DNA of 63,108 bases, the filler included, from Octopus bimaculoides (taxonomy: Eukaryota): the NCBI RefSeq assembly GCF_001194135.2. It is 4 parts of 3 records of this genome, joined end to end, with 100 filler letters (N's around TTAATTAATTAA, not from the genome) between each part and the next. Parts side by side here need not be neighbours in the genome. Positions count along the whole stretch, not along the records: positions 26,308 to 45,070 come from NC_069007.1; positions 45,171 to 60,767 come from NC_068982.1; 2 more parts are not named here. One strand, written 5' to 3'. A program made the position numbers and the translations under genes. Below the pieces are notes generated by a model that had not been told where the DNA came from, did no database searches, and saw only the letters and a list, made by a program, of their open reading frames with translations. This document shows positions 39,871 through 54,571 of the stretch, in pieces; within the stretch, counting starts at the first letter, position 1; every line of letters begins with the position of its first letter.

Positions 39871-40319
39871 TGTAGTACATATACACTGGCACTCCATTGC
39901 TTACAGCATTAAAGGTTCCAGTTGATCTGATCAACAGAACAGCTTGCTCCATGAGGTTAATGTGCAAGTGGCTGAGCATTCCACAGACACGCATACCCCT
40001 TCACATATTTCTCAGGGAGATTCAGCATGACACAGTGTGTGGCAAAACTGGCCCTTTGAAATACAGGTACTACTCATTTTTGCCAGATGAGTTAACTGGA
40101 GCAACGGGAAATAAAGTGTCTTGCTCAAGGACATAATGTGCTGCTGGGAATAGAAATTGTTACTCTACGATTGTGAGCCGAATACCCTAACCACTAGGTC
40201 ACGCCTCTTCATATATTATGTATATATGCATGTATTTTATAAATTTGTCATGTTCATGGTCGTCTTTTATTGTTTGTTCTTCATGATGGCATCAGTTGGA
40301 CATTATATATAGCATTCTT

Positions 40320-40715
40320 TTATTCTTTTACTTGTTTCAGTCATGTGACTGTGGCCATGCTGGAGCTCTGTCTTTAGTCAAACAAATCAACCCCAGGACT
40401 TATTCTTTGTAAGCCTAGTACTTGTTCTATCGGTCTCTTTTGCTAAACTGCTAATTTACAGGAACGTAAATACACCAACATCGGTTGTTAAGTGATGGTG
40501 TGGGGGAGGGGACAAACACAGACACACAAATACATACACATATATATACATATATTCGATGGGCTTCTTTCAGTTTCCATCTACCAAATCCATTCACAAG
40601 GCTTTGGTTGGCCCAAAGTTATAGTAGAAGACATTTGCCCAAGGTGCCACGTAGTGAGGCTGAACCCAGAACCATGTGATTGGTAAGCAAGCTTTTTACC
40701 ACACAGCCACTCCTG
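40320..40715 (-). mobile_element. Near full-length SINE family A
   Basis: acttgtttcagtc...ggccatgctgg through ...gctttttaccacacagccac. Confidence 0.8.
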
Positions 40716-40727
40716 CACCTATATATG

Positions 40728-41890
40728 CAGTGGCGGATCTACCATAAAACTAATGAAGCTTAAGCTTCAAGGCCCCTTATCCCGTAGGGGCCCTTCTGAA
40801 GCAAATTAATTTTTTCATTCTGTCAATTTTTTTGTTTTTGTGTTTTGCCATGCAGTATTGCTGTTACCAGTCTTGGTGGACAATGTCATCTCCTACTCCT
40901 ACGTAGAGTCTAGACGCAGTGTCTAGACATGTGTTGTTCACCTGCTGTTTCTGCCAGTGTGGAGTAACATGAAAAATAAAAGTACGAACGACTTGCAGAT
41001 AATTCGCTTTACTTGAATTATTTTGGAAACTTTGGCCCTGCCCCTCCTGTTGTCAAATATGTCTACTACTACATCAGCATAGTAGAGATAAGAATTCTTA
41101 TTTTCACAACATTATTTAATAACCAATGAAATTGTTTGCCTCCTAATTTTATGAATAATTCTTCATTTATGACTATATATTAAGTTGTGAACCCTTATCT
41201 TCATCGATCTCTGCCCCCAATTTTTTTTCACAGAGGTCTAGGCCCCAAGAGGAATAGCAATGTCTTCAAGAAAGTACTAAAGCTGATCCCTGAAACACCA
41301 ACTCAAGGAAAAGCAATCTAATGAAATTTCTAAATGTCAAAAACTGTCAAATTATTTTACAATGTCAAGTAAAAAAAGTTTGTCATCACCTGCAACTGAA
41401 ACAAGCCATGCAAGCACCAGTGCAGTCAATGATAGTGCACAAACCATGAGTGTTCTGTTTCACAATAATCAACCTACTGTTGACACTTTTGGTGCAGATG
41501 ATGATCATGGTGGTCAAGAACTTCAAGAAAAGAGAAAGCAGAAACAGGAAACAGTATGCAAATTTAATGATTTGAAAGAATAGTGACCTGACAAACTGAC
41601 CTGTAACAATTAATAATGATTTCATACAAAACTGTTTCATGCTAGACATCAGTTTTTTTTGGTTTTTTTTTTTTTCAAAATAAAAGAAAACAGATAATAT
41701 ATGATATACTGAATCCAACCAGATTTACAAACAGCAAAATCAAAGTGTCTCATACAAGTACTATTTTGAAGTACTAAAAAGAGTTGTAGCAGTTATAAAA
41801 GTTTTTAAATGAAAGAGGGTTAGCATTTAGAGGTCATGAGAAAAAGTGGGGCTCCCCAAACAATGGAAATTTCATGAGGGCCATTTCAAA
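40728..41890 (+). mobile_element. hAT transposon deletion derivative (ZMYM1/DUF4371-type transposase fragment)
   Basis: Left end cagtggcggatct; with one frameshift YYFEVLKRVVAVIK/FLNERGLAFRGHEKKWGSPNNGNF at ~41758-41875, resembling the hAT (L...GLAFRGH...N.GNF) motif. Confidence 0.75.
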
Positions 41891-42004
41891 GACATGTTTT
41901 CATAAAATTCTGGAAATGAGCAACCTCATACAACCTTGTATGAGGGAAATGCTCATTTACAAACAACATGTAATGTCAAGATAAGGGTAAACACACATTC
42001 ACAA

Positions 42005-42110
42005 ACGATTGGAGGGAACCTGTGGAAAAGGTAGACCCAGGAAGACACGAGATGAGGTGGTGAAGCATGATCTTTGAACGTTGGGCTTCATGGAGGCAAG
42101 TGAAATCATA
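42005..42110 (+). mobile_element. RTE LINE ORF C-terminal fragment
   Basis: LEGTCGKGRPRKTRDEVVKHDL (RTE GRP.KTW...V..DL motif). Confidence 0.7.
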
Positions 42111-42994
42111 GTCATGGCTGATGCCAGTGTCACATTACAAGCATCCATGCCGGTGGCACATAAAAAGCACCCTTCAAATGCTGGACCTCACGGAGGCAAT
42201 GATAAGTGACTGAGACCTTTGGTGATATGCAGTGCTTGAGAAGACCCATCAAGCCAAGTGAAATCCTAGTTGTGGCTGATGTTGGTGTCATGTAACTGGC
42301 ACCTATGCCAGTGACATGTAAAATGCACCCATTACATTTTTGGAGTGGTTGGTGTTAGGAAGGGCATCCAGCTGTAAAAACATTGCCAGGTCAGAGTGGA
42401 ATCTGGTGCAGTTATCCAGCTTACCAATTACAGTCAAACTATCTAACCCAAGCCAGCATAGAAAGCTGACACTAAATGATGATGATGATCACACGCGCAC
42501 ACACACACACACACACACAAATATACACATACATGACTCAGTGGTTAGAGAATTTGGCTCACAATCATGAGGTTGTGTGTTCAATTCGTGGACCAGGCTG
42601 TGTGTTGTGTCCTTGAGCAAGACACTTTATTTCACGTTGCTCCTGTTAACTCAGCTGTAGAAATGAGTTGCGACATCACTGGTGCCAAGCTGAATCAGCC
42701 TTTGCCTTTCCCTTGGATAATATCATTGGTGTGGAGAGGGGGGGGGCTGGTATGCATGGGTGACTGCTGGTCTTCCACAAACAGCCTTGCCCAGATTTGT
42801 GCCTTGGAGAGGAACTTTCTAGCTGCAATCCCATGGTCATGCATGACCAAAGGAAGTCATTATCATATATACTCCTGAACCAGTGGTTATGTATCTCACC
42901 CGTGAGGGATTGATGCTAGATGGGTCGAAACAATTGTAGTGATTTATAAAAATTCTTGTATCCTCCATCTCTCATTTACCACACACACACACAC

Positions 42995-43350
42995 ACATGG
43001 CTGTGTGGTAAGTAGCTTGCTTACCAACCACATGGTTCCAAGTTCAGTCCCACTGCATAGCATGTTGGGCAAGTGTCTTCTACTATAGCCTCAGGCCGAC
43101 CAAAGCCTTGTGAGTAGATTTGGTAGACGGAAACTGAAAGAAGCTCGTCGTATGTGTTTGTGTGTCTGTGTTTGTCCCCCCCCCCCACCATCGCTTGACA
43201 GTCGATGTTCATGCGTTTATGTCTCCATAACTTAGCGGTTTGGCAAAAAGCGACCGATAGAATAAGTACTAGGCTTACAAAGAATAAGTCCTGGGGTCGA
43301 TTTGTTCGACTAAAGGCAGTGCTCCAGCAACGACTGAAGCAAATAAAAGA
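42995..43350 (+). mobile_element. SINE family A
   Basis: ggctgtgtggtaagtagcttgcttaccaaccacatggttcc...gatttgttcgactaaaggc. Confidence 0.85.
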
Positions 43351-43399
43351 ATGTATATACACACATACACATATACATACACACTATACACTCATATGC

Positions 43400-43715
43400 A
43401 TATGTTATACTTCATGTGATTCCTTTCATATGCAGGTCTTTTACACTTCATTGTATGTATATACTGACATTGCACATCAGGTGGAGCATGGTTGCCTTAT
43501 TTCTTTCATTCACAGCTCCTCTGTATTCAAGGCCCTTGTATCACTACTATGTAGCGTTGCAGGTCATACACAGGCATCATACAGTTTGCCTTTCACTGAG
43601 AGAGAAACCTTTTGGTACCAGCAGAAGAAATGATTTCTTTTACATTCTCCAGCCTGTTCATCTTCACTTACGATGCTTTCACAATATCTTCCTCCTTTGC
43701 TAATTAGGCCACCTA
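43400..43715 (-). mobile_element. RTE LINE RT C-terminal fragment, degenerate
   Basis: Minus strand, across frameshifts and stops, resembles ISKGGGC.ESI...LLVTKG.SL.VKGKLYDACV...LH.S.T.AL...RNEA.ML..MCNVS. Confidence 0.7.
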
Positions 43716-43913
43716 GGAGGAAAAAAAGCTATCTACTACCTCCAGGGATCCCCTGGAGATTTCAGAGAATCTATTTCCTGCGCACTTTTAGTATTTATTG
43801 CTCCTGTGCATCTGCTTCATGCAAAGTTTGCTTTCTCTATTAACGTGCTTATGAATACATTGCACCTCTTGTGTATATATATATTTGCGTTTGTACATGT
43901 GTATATGTATATT

Positions 43914-43955
<42 letters not shown>

Positions 43956-44461
43956 CATGTGTTTGTGTGCACATTCAGTATTACAAAGCCACCACCACCA
44001 CCAACAACAACAACAATACATTAAGAACCTAGCGGGTATAATCAAATGCTTACTATTGACTTGATTTCCACTGCAGTACTACTGCACTATCTGCTGCAGT
44101 ACTGCTGCCGAATGTAGTGTTGTACAGTAGTGTTGTTGATGCTGATGATGAAATTGTATGGTTGTAGTTGTGATATTGGTGATGGTGGATGCGATATTTT
44201 ATTGTTTGTTTTTAAACCTCAGGTCAGCTCTGATTGAATGAGAAAAAAGCATTCCAGCCACGACCATGCCAACATCTTTTAAATGCAGGACTACAGTATA
44301 TGAGATGTTTGCTATTCAAGACTGTATAGTTTGAGGGATGTTTGCTGCTATTTCTAGTTAGCTGAGCAATTGTTGCCAGACCCTGTCAGTGTGATACTTG
44401 TGGTGGTGGTGGTGGTGGTGTTGCTAATGGTTGTACAGAATTTAGTGACGTCATTAGATTC

Positions 44462-44506
<45 letters not shown>

Positions 44507-44537
44507 TGTATCTCTGTGTGTCGGCTTGTATTTGTGA

Positions 44538-44596
<59 letters not shown>

Positions 44597-45170
44597 TGTT
44601 CACATTCAGAATGTTAAGAACACAGACACACACATACAAATAGACACAGTCACAAATACAAGCAGACACACACAACACATGCACAGACACGCACACAACA
44701 CATGCACAGACACACACACAGATAGACACAAACAGACACACAGTCATAAAACATGGAGACACGCACACGCATACACACACATATACATACCCACACAGAC
44801 ACACTGACATACAAACACAGACACACAGACACAGACAAGCAGACATATTCACAACTGCAGACACACACATATAAGCACTCTACTTCCACATACACACAGA
44901 CACTAACATACCCAGATATATGCATACAAACTCAAGCACATTTCAAACTGCATCAGTGTGGTGCACGAGATAGATCAGCTGACTTTCGCAGTCAACAACT
45001 GGTGCACCTTCTGTAAGTGCAGGTCAATAGCTCTGAAATTGGAGTGTGTGTATGTGTGTATGTATATATANNNNNNNNNNNNNNNNNNNNNNNNNNNNNN
45101 NNNNNNNNNNNNNNTTAATTAATTAANNNNNNNNNNNNNNNNNNNNNNNNNNNNNNNNNNNNNNNNNNNN

Positions 45171-45209
<39 letters not shown>

Positions 45210-45462
45210 TATATATACATATATATACACACCCATATACATATATATGCACACACATATATACATACATATATACACACACATACACGCACATATATAT
45301 ACATGTATGTATGTATGTATGTATGTATGTATGTATATTTCTCCTTCTCGCCTTCTATGTCTGTCTGAGCGCCTTTTTTTTATATATCAATATCCGTTTC
45401 ACTCAGTTGATAATGAAATTATGAACATCTGTCACGGAATGTTGTCACGACGATGACGATCG

Positions 45463-45542
<80 letters not shown>

Positions 45543-45963
45543 NNNNNNNNNNNNNNNNNNNNNNNNNNNNNNNNNNNNNNNNNNNNNNNNNNNNNNNNNN
45601 NNNNNNNNNNNNNNNNNNNNNNNNNNNNNNNNNNNNNNNNNNNNNNNNNNNNNNNNNNNNNNNNNNNNNNNNNNNNNNNNNNNNNNNNNNNNNNNNNNNN
45701 NNNNNNNNNNNNNNNNNNNNNNNNNNNNNNNNNNNNNNNNNNNNNNNNNNNNNNNNNNNNNNNNNNNNNNNNNNNNNNNNNNNNNNNNNNNNNNNNNNNN
45801 NNNNNNNNNNNNNNNNNNNNNNNNNNNNNNNTAGACAAGTTTTCAATGGATGGGTGATTGAAATTTCTATGACACATACACGCACACACACACACGGACA
45901 CACACACACACACGGACACACACACACACACACACACGCACGCACGCACACGCACACACACAT

Positions 45964-46004
<41 letters not shown>

Positions 46005-46196
46005 CATACATACATACATACATACATACATGCATGCATACATACATACATTCATACATACATACATACATATATATGTATGTGTGTGTACATATATATA
46101 CTTAAATATATATATATATAGATACATACATACATACATACATGCATACATTTATATATGTGTGTATGCACATATATATATACGTACATATGTGTG

Positions 46197-46230
<34 letters not shown>

Positions 46231-47196
46231 CATATAAATATGTATATGTGTGTGTGCGTGCGTGTGTGTGTGTGTGTGTGTATACGTGCCTGTATAAGTG
46301 CATTACCGTTGTTAGTTTCACATCATTGCTTGGCATTTCATTTATTCATCTGCTTCCGAATTCAACATTAATGAATCTGTTGTTTGCTTATTTGTACATT
46401 TATTTTATCTTATTTATTCTATTTATCCTTTTAGATAGTAACCCAGTAATTTTAAAGAATTCGAACCCACCACATTTCGCGTTAGAGCATACTACGATTG
46501 AATGCAAATAATTAACGTTTGTTCATTGTCCGTTGCATTTTTCCTCCACTTCTTCATGTTTACTGCTTGTTTGTCTAAGCTTCAGTGAACGTGTATGAAA
46601 CGTAAACCTTTCATAGCTTTTGCTTCGGCTTCTGCTTTTGTTGTTGCTGTTGGTGTTGTTTCAACTCAAGGTCAGCATTCACTGAACAGATCCATGATCA
46701 AAGAGGCTTCCAACCGTAACCATCCCGTCATTATCTCGGTCATTCCGTATCTAGGACGCATATCGCCTCACCATTGTCACTCTGTTCTCAAGAGCGAGCT
46801 GTATAATTTACTGGAGAAAGATTTTGTTGCTGCTACTGCGGCTACTACCACTACTTCTACTGCTGTTGTTATTATTGTTGTTGTTTACCCCCAAAGTCAG
46901 CCTCCGTTGATCATATCTATTATCAGAGGCATTCTAGTTATGACCACTGTGGCGTAGCTGGAGCTTGTGCCCTCCTTCCAGAGCGGTCGTTTAGTGTGTC
47001 AACCCACCCCAACGAGAAACACAATATTACGCGCTTCAAATGTACCGCCCAAAACAAAATACCGCAATGGATTGAACAGACCATTCCTCTCTCGCTCATT
47101 CATGACACTTTCTTTTAGTGTTTTTTTAGTATTTTTTGCTTTGTTTTGTTTTTTCTTAGTCATGCTCAACTTCTATTGTAGCTGCATTATCTAACC

Positions 47197-47545
47197 CAGG
47201 GGCTCTCAGTCATTTTTGATCAATAGACCCCCTTTGATTACTATTTTATTTTGGTGGACCCCCATAGCCATTCGATGTTTAAAAACTAGTTTTATAGAAA
47301 TTTCCTCCAAAATTCATATTTCGTTTTGCACACATTAATTTTAGCCGGTTGAATTATGTGAAATGTTTGAGAAAGAAACCTAGCTGTTTCTTGCAATACA
47401 TACGAATTCATACATCTAAAGCAACATTTTTTCAGGTCCCTAAAGATATTATCGTGGATCCCCAGTTTTCTATTTTGTTGTGTGAATCCCCAAAACTCTT
47501 ATATGGACTTTCGGGAGACATATGAACCCCGGTTGAGAACCACTG
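47197..47545. mobile_element. hAT-Charlie-like MITE
   Basis: TIRs caggggctctca / tgagaaccactg; flanks diverged. Confidence 0.65.
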
Positions 47546-47777
47546 GCCTAGGAGTGCGGCCATGCTAGGGCACCGCCTTGAAGGGGGTTTTACTCGAGAA
47601 AAATTGATCCCAGTACTGACTTGCAAAAGTCTGGTACTTATACTAACGATTTCTTTTACCGAACTGCTAGGTTACAGGGACCTAAGCAAACCAACGTCGG
47701 TTGTGAAGTGAAAGTGGGAGACAAACAAAAACGAAAAGACACGCTCACATGAATCCTTACATACATTTATGTATACA

Positions 47778-47898
<121 letters not shown>

Positions 47899-48626
47899 CT
47901 TACTTGGAAATGGATGTGTGGCGTTCAATCATATAATAATATAAATAATATGTATATGCATATATACATACATATATGTACATACTTACATATATACATA
48001 TATATGTATATACATATGCATCTATGGGTCGAACGTCATAGAACGTAAACATATTATATGTATATATATGTATAAAATTATACATATATATACGACATAT
48101 TTCTATACAGTTTCCGCATACCAAATTCACTCACAAGGAATTGGTCGCCCCGGGGCTATAGTAGAAGACATTTACTCAAGTTACTGTACAGTGGAACTGA
48201 ACTCGAAACCACATGGTTGCAAAGCAAGTTCCTTACCCACGCAACTGACTACTTCTTTTGGGTTCTCCACCCACTCACTAAATATGGTCAACTCCCATTA
48301 TTCTTCCTTCCTTTTTTTTTTTTTTGTTCTTTTTAAGATTATAATGTAAAACCTGAGGGGGAATTTTTAACTGTTATTTTTAACTTGTCAAGCGACCGTG
48401 AAATGATATCCTCACTGGTTCGACTTACCGGTATTTTAATGAGAATTTACAAGTGTCTCAATATTCCGGCACCTGTTAAGCTAGCTGATGTAGAGAGCCA
48501 TCAGGATTTAAACTGTTTGGCTTAATCAAGTTCGCCTTCCGTAAATATTTAATTAATGTTTAGAAAAAAAAGTTCTATTTATGTTTGTATTCAATGTGTC
48601 TAAGTCTCAGACTATACAACTATTAA

Positions 48627-48665
<39 letters not shown>

Positions 48666-50409
48666 ATTTATCTATCTCCTTCTCTTTCTCTCCCTCTCTC
48701 GCAGACTTTCTAACGGAACATACATAATCTTGAAGGACAGACAGTATATAACCATCATTATCATCACCTTCTTATTCTTCTTCTTCTCCTCCTCCACCGC
48801 TTCATCCTCATTTTCTTGTTTTTCATTTCCGTTCTGTCTTGTATTGCACACATCGGTCTATCATAGAACAGTTCCAATAGCATTTTTTTTTCCTTTCTAT
48901 GAGAAGAGATTTCTAGAGAAAAGGATATTGTGATTAGATTTCTCACGCACTTTTCACAGCGAAAAGCTGACGATTCTGAGAGGCAGACAAACAGATAGAG
49001 ACAGACAGACAGACAGACTACAAAATGAGAGATATAGAAAAATTTATCAACCCCAGTACATGATTTGCACTTTATCGATCACAGAAGGGAATGGAAAGTA
49101 GAGACAAAGTTGACATCGGCGGGATTTGAACTCAAACTCATAATTGCAGAGAATTAGAACAAATTCTGTCAAGAATTCTTTCCAAAGTCCTAATTCACTC
49201 TGCTAATTCGCTACTTTCATATAACTAGTAAAACATAGGAATCCAACGAATTTAGCGATGATCTGTATCCCCGATAAGTAATACAAGTATTTCAAATAGT
49301 GAAATAAATGCTTTATGCCGTTAGGAGACAGAGAAATCTTACGTTTCAGGCAGAAATGTTCGTCAGTAAAGGTGATATGAAATTTCATCTTTTTCCAACG
49401 AAACATTAGATTTCTCTTCTGTCTTATATCATTTATTTCATTGTTTGAACATAAAGAGTCAAAGTGATAAGGAGGCTTCTACGTGGTCGCTTAATGTGAT
49501 AGAAATAATCGCCGGAGTCTCCCACAAAATAATAACCTTTCTTTTGAAAAGGGGAAGAATACAGAGTAGTCCCAGGGTTGTCCCAGGGTTGTCCCAGGGC
49601 CAAACATTAACAACATCATGTCTTGATATTAATTGATTCTTAATTTTCTATTGTGATTCCATTCGCATCAAGGATGCTTTATAAAAAATATCAAATCGAC
49701 CCTAGTATTTAACTGGTACTTTATTTTATCAATAAAAGGCTCAGAATAAAAATGCAACGATGAGGGAACATATCCTTGGGGTACCTTCTCTAAGAAGTAC
49801 ATATCGTCAAGTCCTGGCTAACATAATGAATGTAGTGTGCGATAAAGAATTTCAATAAATTGATTTTCTCTCCACATGGCATTAAGTATGTTATCCAGCA
49901 GTTAAGAATAAAAACCAATTGACAACTAGTGCACTTAACATTTGTTTACAGCTAAGTGGGTTTTTTTTGTTTTTAATTTCACCTCGAGGCATTCCACACT
50001 GCGGGAAAAGATATAGAAATCCTTGCTTGAGCTTCAATGTGTAAGCTTGTATTCCAACCATCTCAGCCAGCAGTGAGTCTGAAATGTAATATGCTATAAA
50101 ACTCCAGGTGTTTAATGCGTATATTTTCACCAGAACCAAGATAAGAATTAGAGCTTCTTATAATAGATAGCATCAGGCCGTAAGGTTCTCCCTCGTCCAC
50201 GTTTACTTGTTTCTGTCATCAGACTACGGCCATGCTGGGGCACCGCCTTGAAGAATTTTTTTGGTCAAATGAATCAACTCCAGTACTTCTTTCTTTTGAG
50301 CCTGCTACTTATTCTACCGGTCTCTTTTGCCGAACCGCTACATTGCGGGGACGCAAACACACCAGCACCGGATGCCAAGCTGTGCTAGGACAAACACAGT
50401 CACAAAGAC

Positions 50410-50447
<38 letters not shown>

Positions 50448-50884
50448 NNNNNNNNNNNNNNNNNNNNNNNNNNNNNNNNNNNNNNNNNNNNNNNNNNNNN
50501 NNNNNNNNNNNNNNNNNNNNNNNNNNNNNNNNNNNNNNNNNNNNNNNNNNNNNNNNNNNNNNNNNNNNNNNNNNNNNNNNNNNNNNNNNNNNNNNNNNNN
50601 NNNNNNNNNNNNNNNNNNNNNNNNNNNNNNNNNNNNNNNNNNNNNNNNNNNNNNNNNNNNNNNNNNNNNNNNNNNNNNNNNNNNNNNNNNNNNNNNNNNN
50701 NNNNNNNNNNNNNNNNNNNNNNNNNNNNNNNNNNNNNNNNNNNNNNNNNNNNNNNNNNNNNNNNNNNNNNNNNNNNNNNNNNNNNNNNNNNNNNNNNNNN
50801 NNNNNNNNNNNNNNNNNNNNNNNNNNNNNNNNNNNNNNNNNNNNNNNNNNNNNNNNNNNNNNNNNNNNNNNNNNNNNNNNNNNN

Positions 50885-50898
50885 AATAATAATAATAA

Positions 50899-50929
<31 letters not shown>

Positions 50930-51095
50930 AAGAAGAAGAAGAAGAAGAAGAAGAAGAAGAAGAACAAGAAGGGGAGGAGGAGGAAGAGGAGGAGGAGAAG
51001 AAGAAGAAGAAGAAGAAGAAGAAGAAGAAGAAGAAGAAGAAGAAGAAGAAGAAGAAGAAGAAGAAGAAGAAGAAGAAGAAGAAGAAGAAGAAGAA
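50885..51095. repeat. (AAT)n-(AAG)n/(GGA)n microsatellite
   Basis: Seen directly. Confidence 0.95.
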
Positions 51096-54000
51096 TAGGC
51101 ACCGACTCTCATGGCTTCTGATCTTAACAGATTAGAAGTGTTATCATGTATATGTTTAGTCTTGATATAAAAAGGTGGGCTACAGCAAATATTTTGCCCG
51201 ATACCACAGACTTGCTCGTCAGTTGCTTGACGTTAACCAGTTGAACATGTCCATTAGTGGCTGATGACACGTGCATCTCTGATCACGAGCAGAAGTAGTG
51301 GGGAAGCATCTTAGCCATATATTGAGAGGCATTCTTTGTGGCTTGAATAATTCACCTCTGGAAGCAGGAGTGTTTCGTTCAACATCCTTAAGCAACCCTT
51401 ACTCAGGGACCTTTTGAGCGGGATGGGCTACTCGACCAGAAGAAAATTCAAATAGGACCCCACCTCAAAGGTCGAGCGTTGTTTATCTTGATATGAGATC
51501 ACAATGTCGCGCACATAGGGTTGTGATGCATATTCCTGGTGTACCCTTATCAGACGGGTAGTAGTCATAATGGGTATATTGGGCTTCGTATATTTTGCTC
51601 CATTGTCACTTTGATGGCATGCGCTGCTCTTTCACTCAATGATGATGATGATAATAATAATAATAATAATAATCGAGAATTATTTCACGTTTTCTGTGTT
51701 TCTAAATTCCTAAGACATTAACTACATACAATTTTCGCTGATAAGAATAAAGTTTCTAAAATCCATAGAGAAATTCGGAGGGTTATTTTAGTCTAATAAC
51801 CTTCGAATTTTTCTATTCAAAAGGTTGTTTAAACCAATATTTACACGCTAGTTTTATATGCTTCCAGATTCACCGTTCTTAAAACATTATCAATATATTT
51901 CATGAGAATTGAAATATTAAAAACTAATATAATATATTGGAATATAGTAGATGTGTAACACTGCGTGCTAGAAGGATTTTTAAGATAATTGAGACCCGAA
52001 ACTGCGATGTCTGAATATAAATGGATAATATCAATAAATCTAAGTATTAGATTGGGTAACCGTTTAGCGTTCATATTACTCCGTCAAACATATTGCTTAC
52101 TTCTTCAAATTGGTTTGAATTAATCATGTATTATCTCATAGCTTCGAGATTTCAACGATGTGATTGTATACTTTTAGAATGACGTTCATTGTGTAGTAGG
52201 CGTGAAGGCCGAATCTGGCCAATTTGAACATAAAACGTAAAATATTTGAGTCTGTTGTTGTCAGTTTAAATACCAAAGGGTTTTAAAAACCTACAATGGG
52301 CCAAATCTATCAGATCTTCTGTAAAGTTGCGAATAATCACAAATTAAAATAATGGAAATTCAAATTAGATGTCTTTTCCTTTTATGTTTTAAATTAAGTT
52401 TCTTCTTTATTATAAAATTATAAAGGTTTTTTTTTTTCTTATTTACCCGTGTGGTGAGTTGGCAGAATAGTTAGAGCGTTGTATAATATACCGGATATTT
52501 TTTATCCTGAGTGAGTGCAAATCCCACTTGCGAGTTCAGTAAATAAAGTACCAGTTAAATACTGTGGTCCATATAGTCATTTAATTCCACCTTCGAAATT
52601 TAAGACATAGTGACAATTAAATCATTTTAAAGTTTGAAAGACAAAAAGCAAATTAATTCAAAATTAATTCATTATTTCTTCTCACGAACTTCAGTAGTCC
52701 ACACGTAGAGATAAAGTTTATCTCTGATTTCCTCCATATTAAATGCATGAGGCACAAATCTTCCTCTTGACAGAAGGTTAATCTCTTGTAGATATCTTTA
52801 TTCTTTGCGCGCGGACGCAACTGAGATTCATTACAACTGTAATATATACCGCCCGCCCTGCACTGCATATCCTGTACTTGAAGGTATATAAGGCGCAATA
52901 TCTTTCCCCCCAAAATGAGTGTTTAACACTAGAAGTACCAAGCGGTTATTTATGACCGTTTTTGCTTTTCACTTTTTAATTTTTACGACTGTATTGAATG
53001 TGCAATCAGGAACTTCATTTCATATATATGTGTATATATATCTTTTGTGGGGTGGGGGATACATAGATATATACAAAATGCCTATATTTTCAAATCCTTT
53101 ATTCACTATGATCGCTATGGTCCTTGTAGGAAGTAAGAAATGTTGGTACTTCTAGTGTTAAAAGAATCACTCCAGGTCCTGTAATTAAAGTTGGACCACA
53201 CAGGAGCTAATTTTGTCCCTGGCACCCACAGTCTCCTGAATATGCGCTAATTAAGTTGAAGTCTTAGTCCTGAAAACTGTCACCAAAGGTACAAGACAAG
53301 TACCATTTTTATTTCAGCCGATTGTCAGGCTGATGGAATAGTTGAGTCGTTATATTAGGTGCCTTCCAAGTACTGGGGTCAATTTATATTTCTATACTAC
53401 ATCCAAAATTTCAATGGAAAAACGGTTTCAAATTTTAGCACAAGGCCAGTAATTTCGAGGTGAGTGGTAAGTCGACATGATTAACATCCAGTACTAGATT
53501 GGTACTTTGGGATGACCTAGGCAGAATTTGAACTCAGAACGTAAAGAACCGGAAGAAATGTTTCTAAGCAATTTTTGTTTGACCCCACTCCCACCGCCAA
53601 CGCTTGATTCTTCCAGCTCGCTGTCTTATTTCAGCAGAATAATTCTTTCTAATTTTGGCAGAAAGTCAGCAATTTTGAGGGGAAGGGTAAAGTCAGTTAC
53701 ATCGACCCCATCAATACTTAACTGGTATTGACTCCTGAAGGATGGAAGACAAAGTCGGTCATTAAACTCAGAACGTAAAAGACCGGATGAATTGACGCTA
53801 AGCAATTCCTTATTTTCCCGCGTGGTGGGTTGGCACAGTAGTTAGAATGTTGGATAAAATACCTGGTATTATTTATTCCACCTATTTTCTTTTTTTATAT
53901 TGTGAGTTCAAATCCTGGCCAGGTCAACTTTGCCTATCGTCTTTACCGCAGAAAAAAATGATTCTGTGAGTAATTTTAGGAAAGGAGGGTAAGTCGATTA

Positions 54001-54531
54001 CAGCTACCTCGGTGTTCAATTGGTACTTAATTTTATCCACCATAAAAGGATACAAGGTAGAACTGGATTCAAAGGAATTTGAAGCCGAAAGAAACGCTGG
54101 TAGGCATTTATTTTTTTTCAGCCGCGTAAACGATTCTTCCAGTTCGCCGCCTTAATTTCAATGGAATAATAAAAGAAGACAAAACGAGATTCCACCATAA
54201 TGTCTGCTTTCATTAAATTCAAAACTCTTTTCGAATTCCGAACAAAATTTGTTACACTAATGACAATGAAGAAATTATATTAGAAATACTAGCCAGTATT
54301 CAATATGTCTCCTCCTCCTACTCCTCCTCTTCCTCCTCCTCCTCTCCAATATTCGCAGTCAAACTAAAGTCACTTTAACATGTTTTTTCTCTTTTTTTGT
54401 TTGTTTGCATTTGCCTTTTGCTGGCATCTGTGTAGTGTGTATATATATCTATATCTATNNNNNNNNNNNNNNNNNNNNNNNNNNNNNNNNNNNNNNNNNN
54501 NNNNNNNNNNNNNNNNNNNNNNNNNNNNNNN

Positions 54532-54571
<40 letters not shown>

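Noticed and set aside
46595-46957. 120-aa + strand ORF
   Set aside because: Ends are built from GTT/GCT/CTA low-complexity tracts; no recognisable family.
52653-52913. 86-aa minus-strand ORF with a CpG-rich core
   Set aside because: No recognisable motif or clear splice signals.
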